Shown one piece after another: positions 12,991-27,411 of a stretch of 64,000 nt of DNA; position 1 is the first letter of the stretch, and each line of letters opens with the position of its first letter. The notes beneath the pieces were generated by a model. It made no database searches, was not told the DNA's origin, and saw only the letters and a list, made by a program, of their open reading frames with translations. Origin of the DNA: Ruditapes philippinarum (taxonomy: Eukaryota). The stretch spans positions 124,001-188,000 of the forward strand of contig NW_026865297.1 in assembly GCF_026571515.1 (NCBI RefSeq), given 5' to 3'. Made by a program: the position numbers and the translations under genes.

Positions 12991-15900
12991 ACGTCCCTCC
13001 AGAGTTTTATGTGTTATCGCCGTTTCTGTAAGTATTTCTATCCCTAAATTATTGGATCAACTCCCATTAACCTTTAATATACACTCCCTCCCTTTGATAC
13101 TCCTCACGTGCTTGATGTATCATTTTTCATGCCTTAAATAGTTTTGTACCGCATCATTTTCTTTGCTTCTGTGTTGGTGGTCGTTATGTGGGGCTAGGCT
13201 GTCAAAACGGCGCTACCTTGTTGATCTTTATTTTCATATTATAAGATTGTTATAGAAATATATATTTAGTGTTTTCTAATGTTGTGTGGCTTAGATACGA
13301 GTATTCGTGTGTGTTGATAAATGTTCTTATATTCTACCAAAGCTTAAAAGTTTTACCTTCAGATACAACGATACATGTTTTACATGCATGCCAGAATGAT
13401 AACCATACAGTAGAAGAAAAATGTCCATATAGACTCGTGTCCTTGTTATTTAAATTTTAGATATTAAACTCGGTCAATCTTTAAAAGTTATTGGAAAGTG
13501 TTTAAATGCACTATATATTTATTTAAAAAAAAAAGACAAATTGCATTTTAGAATAGGATTTGTAGTAAGGATCTCCAATATGCTGTGAGCCATTATCTCA
13601 CACGATCTTCATCATAAAAATAAATGGTTCTAGAGCCTGATCTAAAATAGAAAACTCCGGAATTGTTCAAACCCTTTATTACACGCTGCACAGCTAATGC
13701 ATTTGTGTATAATGATTCGTTAAATACATAATAGGATTGTTTTTCTCTCAAACCAGAAATGATTTTAAATCTGTTGAAATAAAAGAAAGATTATCCTTCT
13801 CTCAAGGTGATGGCTTGCTGAAACATATAGGAATTTAAAAAGTATTAAAAGTTCCATTAAAGAAAGTTATTTTTACCCTTATATTCATATATTACATCGT
13901 GCGTTAATATATAATAAAAGAATATAACGTGTTGTGTTATTTTTATCATTTAAGACGTATCATGAATATAAAAGTTGCGTTTGGAAAATGTGGTGTCAGT
14001 TATAAATGCGCGGGCAAGGTTCCAAGTTTCAAAATTTGAAAGTCAGAGTCTGCAAAATGTCTGACATTCCAAGTCACATTATATAGGTAAAGGACGAACA
14101 AAATTACAGTTTGGGAGTCACAAGCGAAAGTCAAAGAGAAAATGACTCCAAAACTTCCATTAACGGAAATGGTAATTGAAAATCACCGAAACAAAAATCG
14201 TAAAATTTGTTCTAACGAATGATTATAAAATATATAAGTAATAAAGTTTGTTTTCAAAATTTAGTCGTTCTTTTATTGTTGTGGACTAGATTTGATAAAT
14301 ATAGCATTTTACAGAAATAAAAACAAGAATGATTTTACAACATTACGTCTTTTTACTTAATCACGGTTAATATTGCGAAGACAAACCTTTTAAATGAATA
14401 ACATGTTAAACATGAAACAGTTGTAATAATTACAATTTAAACAATTGAGATTTGTCTTGCATATCTTTATTTTAAGATACATCACAACACTAAGACGGTA
14501 AATAAATCATAGTTTGATATATCTATAACTAAATGAATGTACTGTTTACACTCTTTATGTTTGAAACCTTAGTTTGCCACTTCATTTACTTCTGTTTTCA
14601 TTCAGTACGTGTTAATATTTTTGTTGAAATCACTGTCTTTTTTAGTTCTTCTAGAGACAATTTGTCTACTCTAACGTCTGCTTGCGACATTCATTCATAA
14701 AGAAGCATATGTAATGCCTCGCATTATGCAATATAATTCAATGATATTTTCCCCTCAGGAAATGTTATGCATATTTTTGTCTCATCGTTAAAAAGTACAG
14801 ACTATCAATTGGCAATGATTATCTTTGTAACCAAAGAAGAAAGAACTAAATAAATAATGTAACCGACAATAAAAAATAGTTACGTCAGTAATTATACAGC
14901 TATAGTTGTTATTTACAATGCTATTGAATGTTATTTTCTATGATTTTTTCTTTATGAAACATCAATTCTTTAGTACTGAAAAATATTAAAATATAAATAT
15001 GGATATATAAAAGCCATTTAGAACGGGTTTGATAAATTACATATCCAGTTTTGGTTTACCTGAAGATTATCGAGCATGGATATTTTTATTGCGCGAGTGT
15101 ACGTGTGCGTGTATGTTTGCGTGCATGCGTGTGTATGTACTTATTGGTTCCATAGATTTCATTTTCACTCGATAATGGTTTATTGTTATCCTGCTAGAAT
15201 GTTATAGAAACATATTATTGAATAGTATATTGCATACTTTCATACTTTTAACTTTTCCGGAAAAACAGACGCCATTATGTTTGATTTTCTCTAAAAAATC
15301 AATGTTCTTTAATTCTTTCCTTCGTTTGCGCGATAAATAAGGTTCCATTTTCCTAGCACCATTGATGACTAAGTTAGTGTAAAATGCAGTCTTTGTAATG
15401 TGCTGACTTAATAATGTTAACGACGACAGTTAAACTAATTAATAATTTTTTAATTATTATTTTTAAATTATTGTCTGTTATTTCAGTTTGATTTCTTCAA
15501 TAATTAATATTTTTCAAAGTATCAATAAAAATATTGTTTGACGCAATTACTTAAAACAATTATCATTTGTGCATGCAAATGATGTAAATATCATTTATCA
15601 GAATTAGGTCACATTAGGGAAAAGTAAACAAGACAAACATTCAGTCATGTGCACCAAAGACGATTAATTAAAAGTAAAACAGAAACGCTAAAAAGACTTA
15701 GCAATTTTCAGGAATTCCAGCATGTAATAATCGGCCAATTGTGCCTTTTAACCTATTTATTCTGTTCTATCAATAAATAATTTCTATCAATATTAAAATT
15801 ACAAAAGGACATGACTCCTGAAATGTTTGGTTTCAGGATGATAATGACCCTAACCTTATAACTGTGCATTGTCATAATGAGCAAGTACTCAAAGTTTCAT

Positions 15901-16475
15901 CATTACTTTTCAAACTTGCTCTCGTTTATTGCCGATATATCATTAGATTCACCTATATTCCAATAGACAGAGTACGCTCGATTGCGTTTATTATTATGCA
16001 TTTGCTGTCTTAGACCTCCATCGCTAAATATCACATAAGGCTACATTTGCTTGCGTCATTTATAAAGAAGTATGATAAATGTTTGTCTCCTATTTCGCAA
16101 TCATATTTAATGAAGATTCCTTTCAGGAAATGTTATGGATAAAATGCACAGCTTTTGTAAGGTATTCCAGACTTGATTAGATAAACAGTTTCTTTATTCA
16201 ATATGCATGCTTAAAGTAACATGATTTCGATGAAAACATTAGAGTTCATAAATATATCTTGAACGATATTTCGATCTTATTATTCCCAAGAGAAAATGTC
16301 TGAAATTTTGTGTATGTAGACATGCAAGTTTGCAGATGTTATTTTCGACATTGAAATGTAATGATACAAGTATAATTAGAATTACAACTTGTTTTGATAT
16401 AACATAACACGACTGTACTGGTATGAGACAATTTCTTTAAAAAGTCAAAACGAAATACAAATGTCCGATGAATAT

Positions 16476-17446
16476 TGTAACGATTAGACCCCATCATTTT
16501 ACGTCCGAAAATAAATTCCGTATACCATAACTATTCAACCATCAATTATCTCACTTCAATTTATGATTGCGGTTTGAAGATCAATCAATCCTATGGCTGT
16601 GAATTTATTCTAATGATATCCTCAGTGTTCATATTACTTGACATCAATAGTTTTGAACACAGAAGCCGTATTATTAACAATAAGCTATATGCTGCCGATC
16701 AACATGGCGGCAGGTACTGACTTAATTGCCGCCGCACGAGCTTTGCGATGACGACACTCAAGAGGATGACGAAAATGGCTAGCTATAGGTTCCCTTTGCC
16801 AAGCTAGCCAACCTGCGTCCAAAAAAACTACGAATAGTAGCCAGTTTCGACCAAGTTGTCAGTACCTTGTTAGCTCGCTACAAGACCACTTGAATAACAC
16901 GTTAAACAATATATTATCCATTGATGTATCACAGACCACCAAGAAGGTAAATTGTGCTCCATGCCAGTAATAGTTTTAAATATACGATATTTTTCCAGTT
17001 GACGTAAATAAATACCCATGCATTTATTGTTCCTGACCTTAGACCAGGATTTAATTATAGAGATACCCAAATACCAGGGAAGAACTTTTCCATATTTCAG
17101 TTATATTCCCTTAAGATTCCCATCAACTTCATAGTGTTATTTGATAATCCCTACCAATAAAACTTCCAGAATATATAACAGGCAATACGTCAACAATAAA
17201 AAACAATAAAAAACAAGAATATATAAAGATCAACAAGGCAAAGGCAACGTTCACAGGACGCAGCCCCGCGACACACCCAAGTTGGCACCCAGAAGGCATC
17301 AAACCAAAACCGGGAGTGTACACAATGGCGCCGAAAGGAGAGGGTCAGTATTTGTCAAGCCTTCCCTTTCATCTTCTACTGTACTTTATTCTAGACTTAA
17401 CATAAGAGTATTCCTGACCTATGACGAGGAGCCATAGCCATCCACA
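16476..17446. mobile_element. Probable solo LTR (~970 bp)
   Basis: Insertion relative to the other array units. It starts TGTAACG and ends CCACA (TG...CA), is flanked by gaatat / gaacat (possible degenerate TSD), and has TATATAAA at ~17220. There is no internal coding region, and the orientation and right end are uncertain. Confidence 0.45.
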
Positions 17447-18283
17447 GAACATACGATATACGAATTTTATTGTTTGTGAAATGTATATTTAATAACTTAT
17501 TGTGTTAATGTTATTTCAGGTGGTATCTTATAGTACTTCTGTCCGACAATCAATGTTAAATGACAGTGATAGTATTTATTTTATTAAAAATATGAATGAC
17601 CGCTTGTTTTAATAATAAAAACAAACAATTCTTGTAGGAGAAAAGGTCCAACCATCCAACCATATTTCTGTTACTTACTGCGAATTTATATTAGACCTGG
17701 CTTTGTTAAATGTAAGCGGCAGCCATTTATTAAAGTTGTGTATTTCACGGGAGGAAAATAATTGTGTTTGATTCAGAGGGATATCATTTTGATTTGTTAG
17801 TCATATACCTTTTTAAAAGAAAGAAAACTTATTTGAGGATTAAAACTGACAAAAAATAAGTGTTGACAGATGTGAAAACATTTTAAAAAAAGTAGCTAGG
17901 AAAATGGAAAACTTGGAAGCTGGCTCAGGAACGCTTGGTTGTTTTACTTATTCTACGAGCTGTGGCTGTCATAGCATACGGCAGTTATTGTTTGTAGAAT
18001 ACTTTAATAAGCCCAAATGTCATCAAGAGCAGTTTTGCATGTGGAAGGAATGTATTTTTCAGACTGTAAAAATGAAACAAAAAAATTTAGAGACGAAAAT
18101 TTGGTGATTTGAATGAATAGAAGTAAGTTTTCTTCTTTTTATTACTTTTGACATTTAAGTTATTTATCAATTTCAGCTTTGCTTTTTCTTTAAACAGCCT
18201 GGCATTGTAAGAATTGTCAGCAAAAATAAAATTGAGGTTCCACATGGGAAAATCTTTAAAAAGTAGTTTCGTCATTGAAAAGT

Positions 18284-18380
18284 GTGAAATTATATTTTGA
18301 TAATTTTCACGGTGAAATTATCAAATATAATTTTCACGGATAAATCAGTAATCCACTGAAAAGCATAAAATAAAGATTAT
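18284..18380. repeat. Subterminal palindrome of an interspersed repeat (partial second copy at ~3476-3540)
   Basis: gtgaaattatattttgataattttcac-g-gtgaaattatcaaatataattttcac forms a ~26-bp stem. The right arm plus downstream (tcagtaatccactgaaaag) recurs at 3476-3540. Confidence 0.6.
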
Positions 18381-18415
18381 TTTTTAAGCGTCCATATGCA
18401 ACTAGGGTCTTAAAC

Positions 18416-18447
<32 letters not shown>

Positions 18448-20269
18448 AACAACAAAAAACACAAAACTCACCCAATATAGCTTACATCATTTCAAGAATG
18501 ATTTCAAGAAAAATAAATATTTTGTTTAAGTTATCCATTCAATATATTTACGTGAAGTTCCCCGAGTACATTTGTTTGCATGTCTCTTGACAGAATAACA
18601 TGAAATTCAAAACCAGTGCATAAAGACTAACCAATCCCAGTACCGTTTTTTCTTATATTTTCAATACCACATCATGACTTGATCAACGACATACAAACCG
18701 TGAGAGATATTGCACCTTTCATAACCTCTAAACTTAATCAAACTATGTCAGAAAATTTCAGCGTTTGTCTATTGTTTCCAATGATGGCGGGGTTTCATCT
18801 TTCAAATATTTTAATCTATTATAAAAAGCAATTCCCTTTTAATGTTTGGTCTAATTTCATTTGGGATTTTCTTCTGCTGCCATTACTAAAAGTATCAATC
18901 CTTTTTTGACCAAATGTCATAATACATCATACATGCTTATTGTTCAAAGTAATTTCAGTTCAACACTACGCTTTCCTTTTCAGTTGCATATGACAGATCA
19001 ATTTGGAGTCTCCATGATCGTTTTCTGCAATGCCTCCTCGGCAATTGCTATGCGTTGGTGCTATGTTTTTCTAAAAGGCATTGAAAAGTATCATAATGTC
19101 ACTGCGTTTCCTATTTATTGTATTTACATGATAATTTATTGTTTCTTTATTTCACTTTTTGTAACCGTAAAAACTGTTTCAATTATACTTTGTCGGGGAT
19201 ACCTTAGTTAAACTATTTCGTCTTTCAGTAACATTTTAGGATTAAAAGTGAGATTTGGTGCGCTTTTAACGTATTTAAACTCCTTAATAAAGTTCTTGCT
19301 TCCAAGGCGTCTCTTTCTTTCATATTCCGTTCTCAGTTTTATGTGTCATCGCCAATTCGTTAAGTATTTCATCTCTACATTATTGGAACAGATGAAGGTG
19401 GTCGATAGTGTGGCTATGTTCACTGAACAGCGCTACCTTGTTGATCTTTATTTTCATATTTTAAGATTGCTGCTCTTTGTATAGAAATATATATTTAGTG
19501 TTATTGTGTCGCTTAGATATTCTTGTTTGTTGATAAATGTTCTTGTATTCTAACAAAACTTAAAAACTCTACCTTCAAGAAAACGATATAAGTTTTCTGT
19601 ACATTCATGATAGAATGATAAAAACAACTGACGCATTACAATGACAAAAATGTTCATATAGACGTGTGTCCTTGTTGTTTATATATAAGTTACTTTACTC
19701 GGTCAATCTTTAAAAGTTATTGGCATAGGTTTAAAAGCACAAATATATTAATTTAACAAAAAAATGGTAAATTGCATTTCAGAATAGAATTTGCAGCTGT
19801 TTAAGGTTTTCAACATGTTGTGAGCCATTATCTCACACGGTCTTCATCATGCATTAATGATTTGCCTTATCTAAAATAGAAAACTCCGGAATTGTTTAAA
19901 CCCTTTATTACATGCTGCACTGCTTAAGTATGCTCTTTACAGATACCTTACCAAGTCATTCCTACGCACAGGTCATTCTATATTTAGATTAAGTTCTATG
20001 ATGTTGTGTAAGTTATGTTAATTTACATAAATATACTTATCGTATGCACTGTCCATGAGAGAGGAGCCAGATGTTAAATTTAAAAAATGTTTTCACCTCC
20101 TGGTATGGAAAGTAATTCCAATACAAGGGTTCCTTCCGGTAAAATGGCGGACATTTGTTTAGTTTTCTGTGCTGAGATAAATAATATGTTTCTATAGTTT
20201 CAATCGGATTAAAAGGGACAATTATACAATACAATCAAGACTTACAAAAAATACAATTTGTCGCAATGG

Positions 20270-23200
20270 CTAAAAATCATTATTTATGTATTCAAAAGAT
20301 GTAAAGGTCATTAATCTGAATAAGGTCACAATAAGATAAATAAAAAAGACAAGCATTCAGACATGTGCAACAAAGACGATTTTTAGATAAATTCCTCATT
20401 TAAACTAAGTAAGAAAATTGAATCTAAATCGTTTTAATAACAAACAGCATTTTGAACTTAACATAATGAAAACGAGTGTCCAGATTAAATCAATATATTG
20501 AAAATATAAAGAAAAGACATATTCAATGGTCAAATAGAGGAGCATATCATATGGGTACCGGTTCAATACTGAATTTATAGAACAATTTGTAAAGATTTAT
20601 ATTGAATCCCTCTATGCAAGCAGTTGGTAATGGGAGTACACGGATGTTAAATCCTTTATCACATACCTTAAATAAATACATGTTTAACAGTACAAAGAAT
20701 CTCCCCCACCGATGTTCTTAAGCGATTTTATGCTATGTTTGTATAAAACAAATGACGGCGTCACGTTCATACAATGAAATTAAACTATAGTGAATTATTG
20801 TTTTCACTAAATTGCTTTTTCACACTCTTGCAGAATGGTCTCTGTGACATGTTAATTTTCAGTCGAAGTCAACAGGAACATATTGATAGAAGCCTGACAG
20901 TGATACAATCCCATAGCAATTGTCTGAGCTTTCATAATCTACTTCATTTGCTTTAAATGGAAAATGTTTGACTGTATTAGAATAGGTATGAGAACAAACA
21001 CAAAGATGTATTAAAACATTTTGACCACTGCACGGTGATATTTTTTGTTACGCGTTAACTATGTCTGCGAATTAGAACAACACTTCTTATATTATGTAAT
21101 TCTTGTGAACATGTTATCGAAAATGATGCAATTTTGTGAATACATAAAAACACACTTTTTCAGCTACATTTTCCTTTTTTGTAAAATACAACACTATTGA
21201 TAATGGTAACGAATGCTTCTTGCAATAATATTACTAACAATGGTAAAGTATAAAACTTTTCTTTAAGATATTTCATCTCCGGACATTTGTAACAAACTGA
21301 TTTTAGGGATATTCAGATTCTGAGATTTTTGTTATTATACATTCAATAAATCTTCAACATATGTGACAAACTGCATTCAAATCAGAAAGAAAAAAACAAT
21401 AAAAAAAGAAAAATCTTATTTTCCCTTTTCTAAAAGAAGCCAATTTGGTAATCGTTTATTATGAACATTTGCGAAAATACAGTGTTAATCAATTATTTGT
21501 TTTTATTGACTGCTTTGTTAGGTGTTAGGATTTCTTTTATCATTGACTGTATTAGTTAACTTTCTTCCAAACTATTTGTGATTTAGAAGTTAAAATGTTA
21601 AAGTACCACCTGCTGCATTCATTATATAACCTGATTCTCATCATTTAATGAACTAATGAAACATTGTAAACAAATAAGTCTATATTAATATGGAATTTTG
21701 GAAAATTATTTTAATTTAACACATGAATGGTCATATAATACTAGTAACATAATATACTAAGAGTACCAAAAAAGGGGATTGTTTTTATTTATTTATTTAT
21801 ATTTTTTACGCATTTTTGTACGCAATGCGTTTTATGAATCGCGAGCTTTAATGTTTGTCTCGTTATTGTGGACAAAGAACAAGAACACACCCAAGCAGGT
21901 CACCCAGGAGGCACCAAACCAAAACCAGGAGTGGACATAAGGGTGGCGAAAGGAGAGGGACACGTAATGTGTGAAATAATAAAAACAAAAACGGGTCCAT
22001 ATGAGGAAAGAGGAAAGGAGAACAATTCCTATATGTTTATATCACGAAGTTCACATTTTCCGTTACGAGTTAAATTTGCCTGCGAATTAAACCAACACTT
22101 CTCATATAATATCAATTTTGTGAAAATATAATCGAGAATAATGCAATTTTGTAAATATATTTAAACATTCTTTCTTTTAGCTATATTTATTTTTTTTGCA
22201 AAATATAACATTAGTTCTATTAATAATATCAACGAATGCTTTTTGTAATAATATTACATAAAATGGTAAAATATAAAATATGTTTTCTTTAATAGTTTAT
22301 CTCCAAACATTTATAGCAAACTGATTCTAGGGATATTCAGATTTTGAGATTGTTGTCATAAGTCATTCAATTAAACATCAAATACGTGACAAACTGCATT
22401 CAAGTCATAAAAAACAAAGAAAAACTGCTTTTTTCTTTTAAAATATGTCAATTAAGTAATCGTGTATTGTGTGTATGTGCGAAAATACAGTTTTAAAGAA
22501 TTACTTGTTTTAATTGAAACAACTGAGACTATAGTAATATGATTCCACATATGGAGTGTCTTACATTAGTCTTACAGCTTTGTATGGAATTAACTGAGCT
22601 TGTTTTAAAAAAGATGATAAACAGATCCAAATACTGACAGAACAGTTGTCAAATGTAGAGGAATATATGTATTATATACATGTTAAGCGCAGAAACAAAA
22701 AAATACTTCCGTAGGATAAAAACAGTGTTACAATGTCATTTTTAACAACATTCGCCAAAACATTCTCCTCAGTTTTTTTAAAGAATATATTATTTTGTTA
22801 CATTTCTTACATGTCTTACATGCACATATTTGAGAACGAATGCCAAGCATAATATATGCTTATAAAATATATTGAATTCAAATTAATGAAAACGATCACG
22901 ATTTAAATTTCATTCAATGGTTTAATGTCATAGATTCTCATATTATTACTCCTAATAATGTCTGACAAGACTTGAACTATTTTATAACGATACATCATAA
23001 CAATATTGTTATCATTTTTGATTTCTACTGGGCATATTGTTATTTAATCACAAATTATTCCAAATGGCGACGTCTTCTTGCGTCATTCATAAAAACGAAT
23101 AATAAATGTATGTCCCTATTCTAAAATCATATTCAATGAGGTTTACCTACCTTTAAGAATTTTAAAGACTTTAAAGGATTTTCTGTTGATTTTCTGTTGA

Positions 23201-26200
23201 TGTGGCATCGCAATATTTCAATAAATTTTCAAGGAAACACAACGACAGTAAAATATTACGAATGCAGTGTCACTAGGTAGAACAGTCACGATAGTACATT
23301 GTTACAAAGCAAATAACACGATTCTTTTTCATTAAAAGACAAATTTACAAAACGAATAAGATCATGCTGTTGCTGCCTAAATCCATTTTCGAATTGCTTA
23401 TTCATAATCTATAGATTCCGAGACCAACAAGATTTTTAAGAACTTGCAGACAAACTTAGAATTTTAGAAAGAAGCAATGACTTAAATTTCGAAATATTAG
23501 GGCATATAGTACACTGTAAAACATAGTCACCAGAAACTAAAGGCTACTTAAAGTCAACACCAATCACTTAAAGCGTTCTGTAGTAGATTTTGTTTTCAAC
23601 TATCATATAGATTTCTAAAACAATTGGCATCAGACATTATTAATCTGTAAACTTTCTATAAAAATGAACTGTATTTTTCGAAAAGATTGCAAAAATCTTC
23701 AACATTTAATGTCATTGCTACGTTTAAGCTCAAAATCTGCTTAAAACTACTTTCATAACATTTGGAAAAGCTAAATACTATGTATGTGTGACTGGGATAA
23801 GAAATGTTAGTATATTCATTTTGTCTTTTAAAAAGAAAATTATTGCCAACTTGTCAATCGCATGAATAAATTTATGACAAAATCCGCCATTTTTTACACT
23901 AGCAATTGATTGCTTTGTTCAAAGTACACCAGAAATCAGCCTCTCCTTTAAAACCACTAAATGATGTCATATTGATACCTTTTACGATCTTTCAACCACA
24001 CGTGGTGTTAATACTCGTCTGTGCAAAGGCTATCAATAATTTATTTCAATCAATATTCAAGTTACGAAAGGACATAACACCAACATATAATTTCTAGTCT
24101 ACCAACTGTGCCTGTTCATGATGAACAAGTACTCAATATTATTTTCCAGACTTGCTTTCGTTTATCAACGATATATCATTTGGATTCATGTATTTTCATT
24201 TTCTGATAGACAGAGTACGTTTCGATTGCGTATATATTTATGCATTTGCTGCCTTAGACTTCCATTGCAAATTGTCCCATATGACAACATTTGCTTGCGT
24301 CATTTATAACGAAGTATGATAATGTTTATCTCCTATTTCGCAATCATATTCAATAATATTTTCTTTCAGGAAATTTTATAAATAAAAAAGGATAGATTTT
24401 GTAAAATATTCCAGACTTGATTAGATAAACAGTTTGTTTATTCAATATGAATGCTGACATTTACAGGATTTCGGTTAAGACTTAGAAATTAATAATATAT
24501 ATTGAACAATATTTTGATCCTATTATTCTCAATAAAATATGTCTGAAATTTGAGGCATGTAGACATGTCAGTTTGCAAATGTAATTTTTCATATACAAAG
24601 GTAAATGTTTTTTTAATAAATGATACAATTATAATTATAATCACAGCTTATTCTGATATAAAATAACACTTCAGTACTGGTATGTGTAACAATTTCTTTC
24701 TTTAATAAGTCAAAACGAAATACAAATGTACGATGAATAAATTATACTGTAACCAAACCCAGAGTGTGTTGTCTAGCTGCATATGACATGCTTTAACGTC
24801 ACAGTTAATCAGTGTATGACAAATGACCGTTTAAAGCGAATACATGCAACAGGGTTCGTAAACGAAAAAGACACAAAACTCATCAAATAAAGCTAACATG
24901 ATCTTCAAAAAAAACAACTAAACAATGGGTTCAAGAAAACAAATAATTTGTTTCAGTTTTTCATTCAATATAATTAAGTGTAGTTCCATGAGTATATTTG
25001 TTTGCATGTCTCTTAACAGCACGACATGAAATTCAATACCATTGCATAAAGACGTACCAATCCCGGTAGTGTTTCTCAATGTAATCATCAACGACACAAA
25101 TCATACTGAGTATTTTTCACTTTTTTTTCATTGCTCTCAAGGTATTTTCATTTTTCCAATTTATATATTTTCACCAGTAGGAGTTCAGTGCTATATGTCA
25201 GCATGTCAACTTCATCTGAGAGATGTAGCACCTTTCATTACTTCTAAACTTAATCAAACTATATCAGAAAGTTTCAGCGTTTGGCTATTTTTCCATTGCT
25301 GTCGGGGATTTAAAAGAGGAAATAATTACAATATACACTTGATTCAGCGGCTGGATCAATAGATTTTTAAAGTTTAGCTTATTCGTAAGCTATTCAAGTA
25401 TGTTAACACACATTTGTACAATTGAGATTTCTGTTGCATCATTTCATTGAAAGATACATCACATCACTAAAACAATTTTCAAACGGTTTCTAGCATATCT
25501 ATAATTTGATGAATGTAATGTATACTTTGAATTTCTTTGAGATTCACTACTTTTACTACTGTTTTCAGTGAAGAAGCGTTAATATTTTTTTTGCCTGAAA
25601 TCACTGTCTTTATTTAGTTCTATTAGACACAGTTTGTCTACTCCTGCGACAATCATTCATAAAGAAGCATATGAAATGCCTCAAATAAGGCTTTATAATT
25701 CAATGAGATTTTCCTGCATATTTTTGTCTCATCGTTTTTAAAGTATAGACTATAAAAAGGCAATGAGTTGCTTGTAACCAAAGAAGAAAGAACGGACAAT
25801 ATAACCGACAATAAAAAAATATTTCCTCTTACAGTATATATCTGTTTATCTCAGCTTTGATTTAGGTAATTGCGTTATTACTTAAGACGAAGGTTTCTTA
25901 TTTTGTCATATAATGAAATCTATTTTTCTATAAATTACTTCCTATATAGACGGTAAATTATATTATCATTATTCCCGAAATGACTACATCGGGAACAATA
26001 ATCAATTGGCACTTCTTTAAAGTTTTTAACCTCATTGGAGACCCTTTATTAATTAACCCTTCACAAATTATTTCACAAATTATTTTAAACAAGAAAGTTG
26101 TGAGCTGATCGTTAGTTTAAAGGAATTATGATGAATATTATTTAATTAGAAAAGTTGCTTGTATTTGTACATATAAAGATGTCTGACACTATGATTAAAG

Positions 26201-26345
26201 AATGGATTTTTATTTTAAAAAAGCATACGTGACATAAAGAATAAATAAATAAATAAATAAAAAATGTTTATGTTGTCACTTTAGGGGTACTTTGTCTTTA
26301 TTGGTTGAAATTAATCTGTATTATGATGGAATTAAATATCTGCTC
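20270..26345 (+). repeat. Tandem array unit 3 (C, partial second C, A, B, F, G; D deleted)
   Basis: 20270-21875 matches 4320-5940; 22105-22515 repeats the 5240-5570 segment again; 22620-23170 matches block A; 23215-25290 matches block B; 25830-26345 matches 38855-39240. Confidence 0.85.
21878..21965. mobile_element. Short fragment related to the putative LTR at 16476-17446
   Basis: acacccaag...cacccag.aggca.caaaccaaaacc.ggagtg.aca.aa...g.cgaaaggagaggg aligns with ~17273-17344. Confidence 0.7.
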
Positions 26346-27411
26346 TTGAAAGTGAAATGGATTTTCTAAATTAGATTGCAATAATTGCAAATTTAAATAA
26401 CTTTTGTAGAACTGTATGGCATTAATTTTTCTTAACATATCTGATATAAGTAGAATTAATGTGTAATGCAAAGGTACTGTAAAGTGCAAATTACTGTCCG
26501 TCCCCAGCAGAATTCAACATTTAAACACTAAAATGGTAACATTTTGAATTTAGAAACATCCGCAGATATGTAACATGGAACCTTCAATGTGTCACTTTCG
26601 TGTTATTCCATAAAAAGCGGCGTATGGTCCCCAAGTAAAAGAATGCGTGTGCTCCAAACGAGAAAACAATGGGCAAAACTAAATAAAATGAAATTTTGAA
26701 AGGTTATCAGAGGTTATGAAGCCTGCATATCACAGATAAGCTGTCAAAAGACAAATTGAAAAAGCAGGCAACATATCCTAAGGGTGATTTAACAGTATTC
26801 AAGTGAGGAATACTTGAACCACCAGACTAGATAGAATAAAACACCAAATTGGAAAGAACTTAACGTATAAAAATATACACTCACAACAATAATGTCGTAC
26901 TGAACGATTTGAAAGGATCAGAAATATAATATGTTTGCTTAAATTTACGGGGAGATCTGTTATAGCCGCCACAAGGCAGTTGTTAATTATCGTTTTAACA
27001 AAAAAAACTTTATTACCATCCCTAGGATTCAAAGACATTTTTTATTAGAAATCATCAAACTGAAATAAGCATATTCTCAAGTTGTGTCTTGTACTTAACT
27101 ATTCATTGTAATTTCAAAGTGGTTCCATTTTAATGTTATTAAATAAAACAAAATTCTTCATTTAAAGAACTACTGGTGTAATTTAAATAAATAACCATAT
27201 CTCGTTACATGTCAACCCACTTACTTCAACTATTCATTAATATCAAAATAAGATTTATTTATTGCAACGATGAAATATTTTATAAATTAATTTCTATTGT
27301 GTGTATTATGATTAAATAGCAAACTCAACATCTTTTTTACCATGGTGTATAAATTTTGAGTTTCAATTATTTTGAAATATTGATAACGATAAAGCGTGTT
27401 ATAATAATAGT

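Larger units (their letters stand above)
3880..15335 (+). repeat. Tandem segmental array, unit 1 (most complete; blocks C-A-D-B-E-F)
   Basis: Colinear matches: 3880-10480 with 27186-33750; 4110-4550 with 15345-15760; 12390-13690 with 18700-19920; 14400-15330 with 25400-25820 and 35945-36710. Confidence 0.9.
15340..19925 (+). repeat. Tandem array unit 2 (internally deleted: start of C joined to middle of B, then E)
   Basis: 15345-15760 matches 4110-4550; 15770-16475 matches 9590-10380; 18385-19390 matches the B block (~10460-13060 without the MITE); 19430-19920 matches 13210-13690. Confidence 0.85.

Noticed and set aside
17323-17345. TGGCGCCGAAAGG as a primer-binding site after ...TACACA
   Set aside because: Only a partial match to tRNA-Lys-type PBS, the paralogue at ~21940 lacks it, and no gag/pol follows.
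18679-19484. Cluster of plus-strand ORFs (also 9474-9882, 12225-12954, 23906-24309, 25042-25362)
   Set aside because: Starts and frames are not conserved between array units; cross-copy codon conservation favours the minus strand.
26014-26040. Short inverted match to the type A core (ctttaaagt.tttaa..cctcattgga)
   Set aside because: Similarity does not extend on either side; likely chance in AT-rich DNA.
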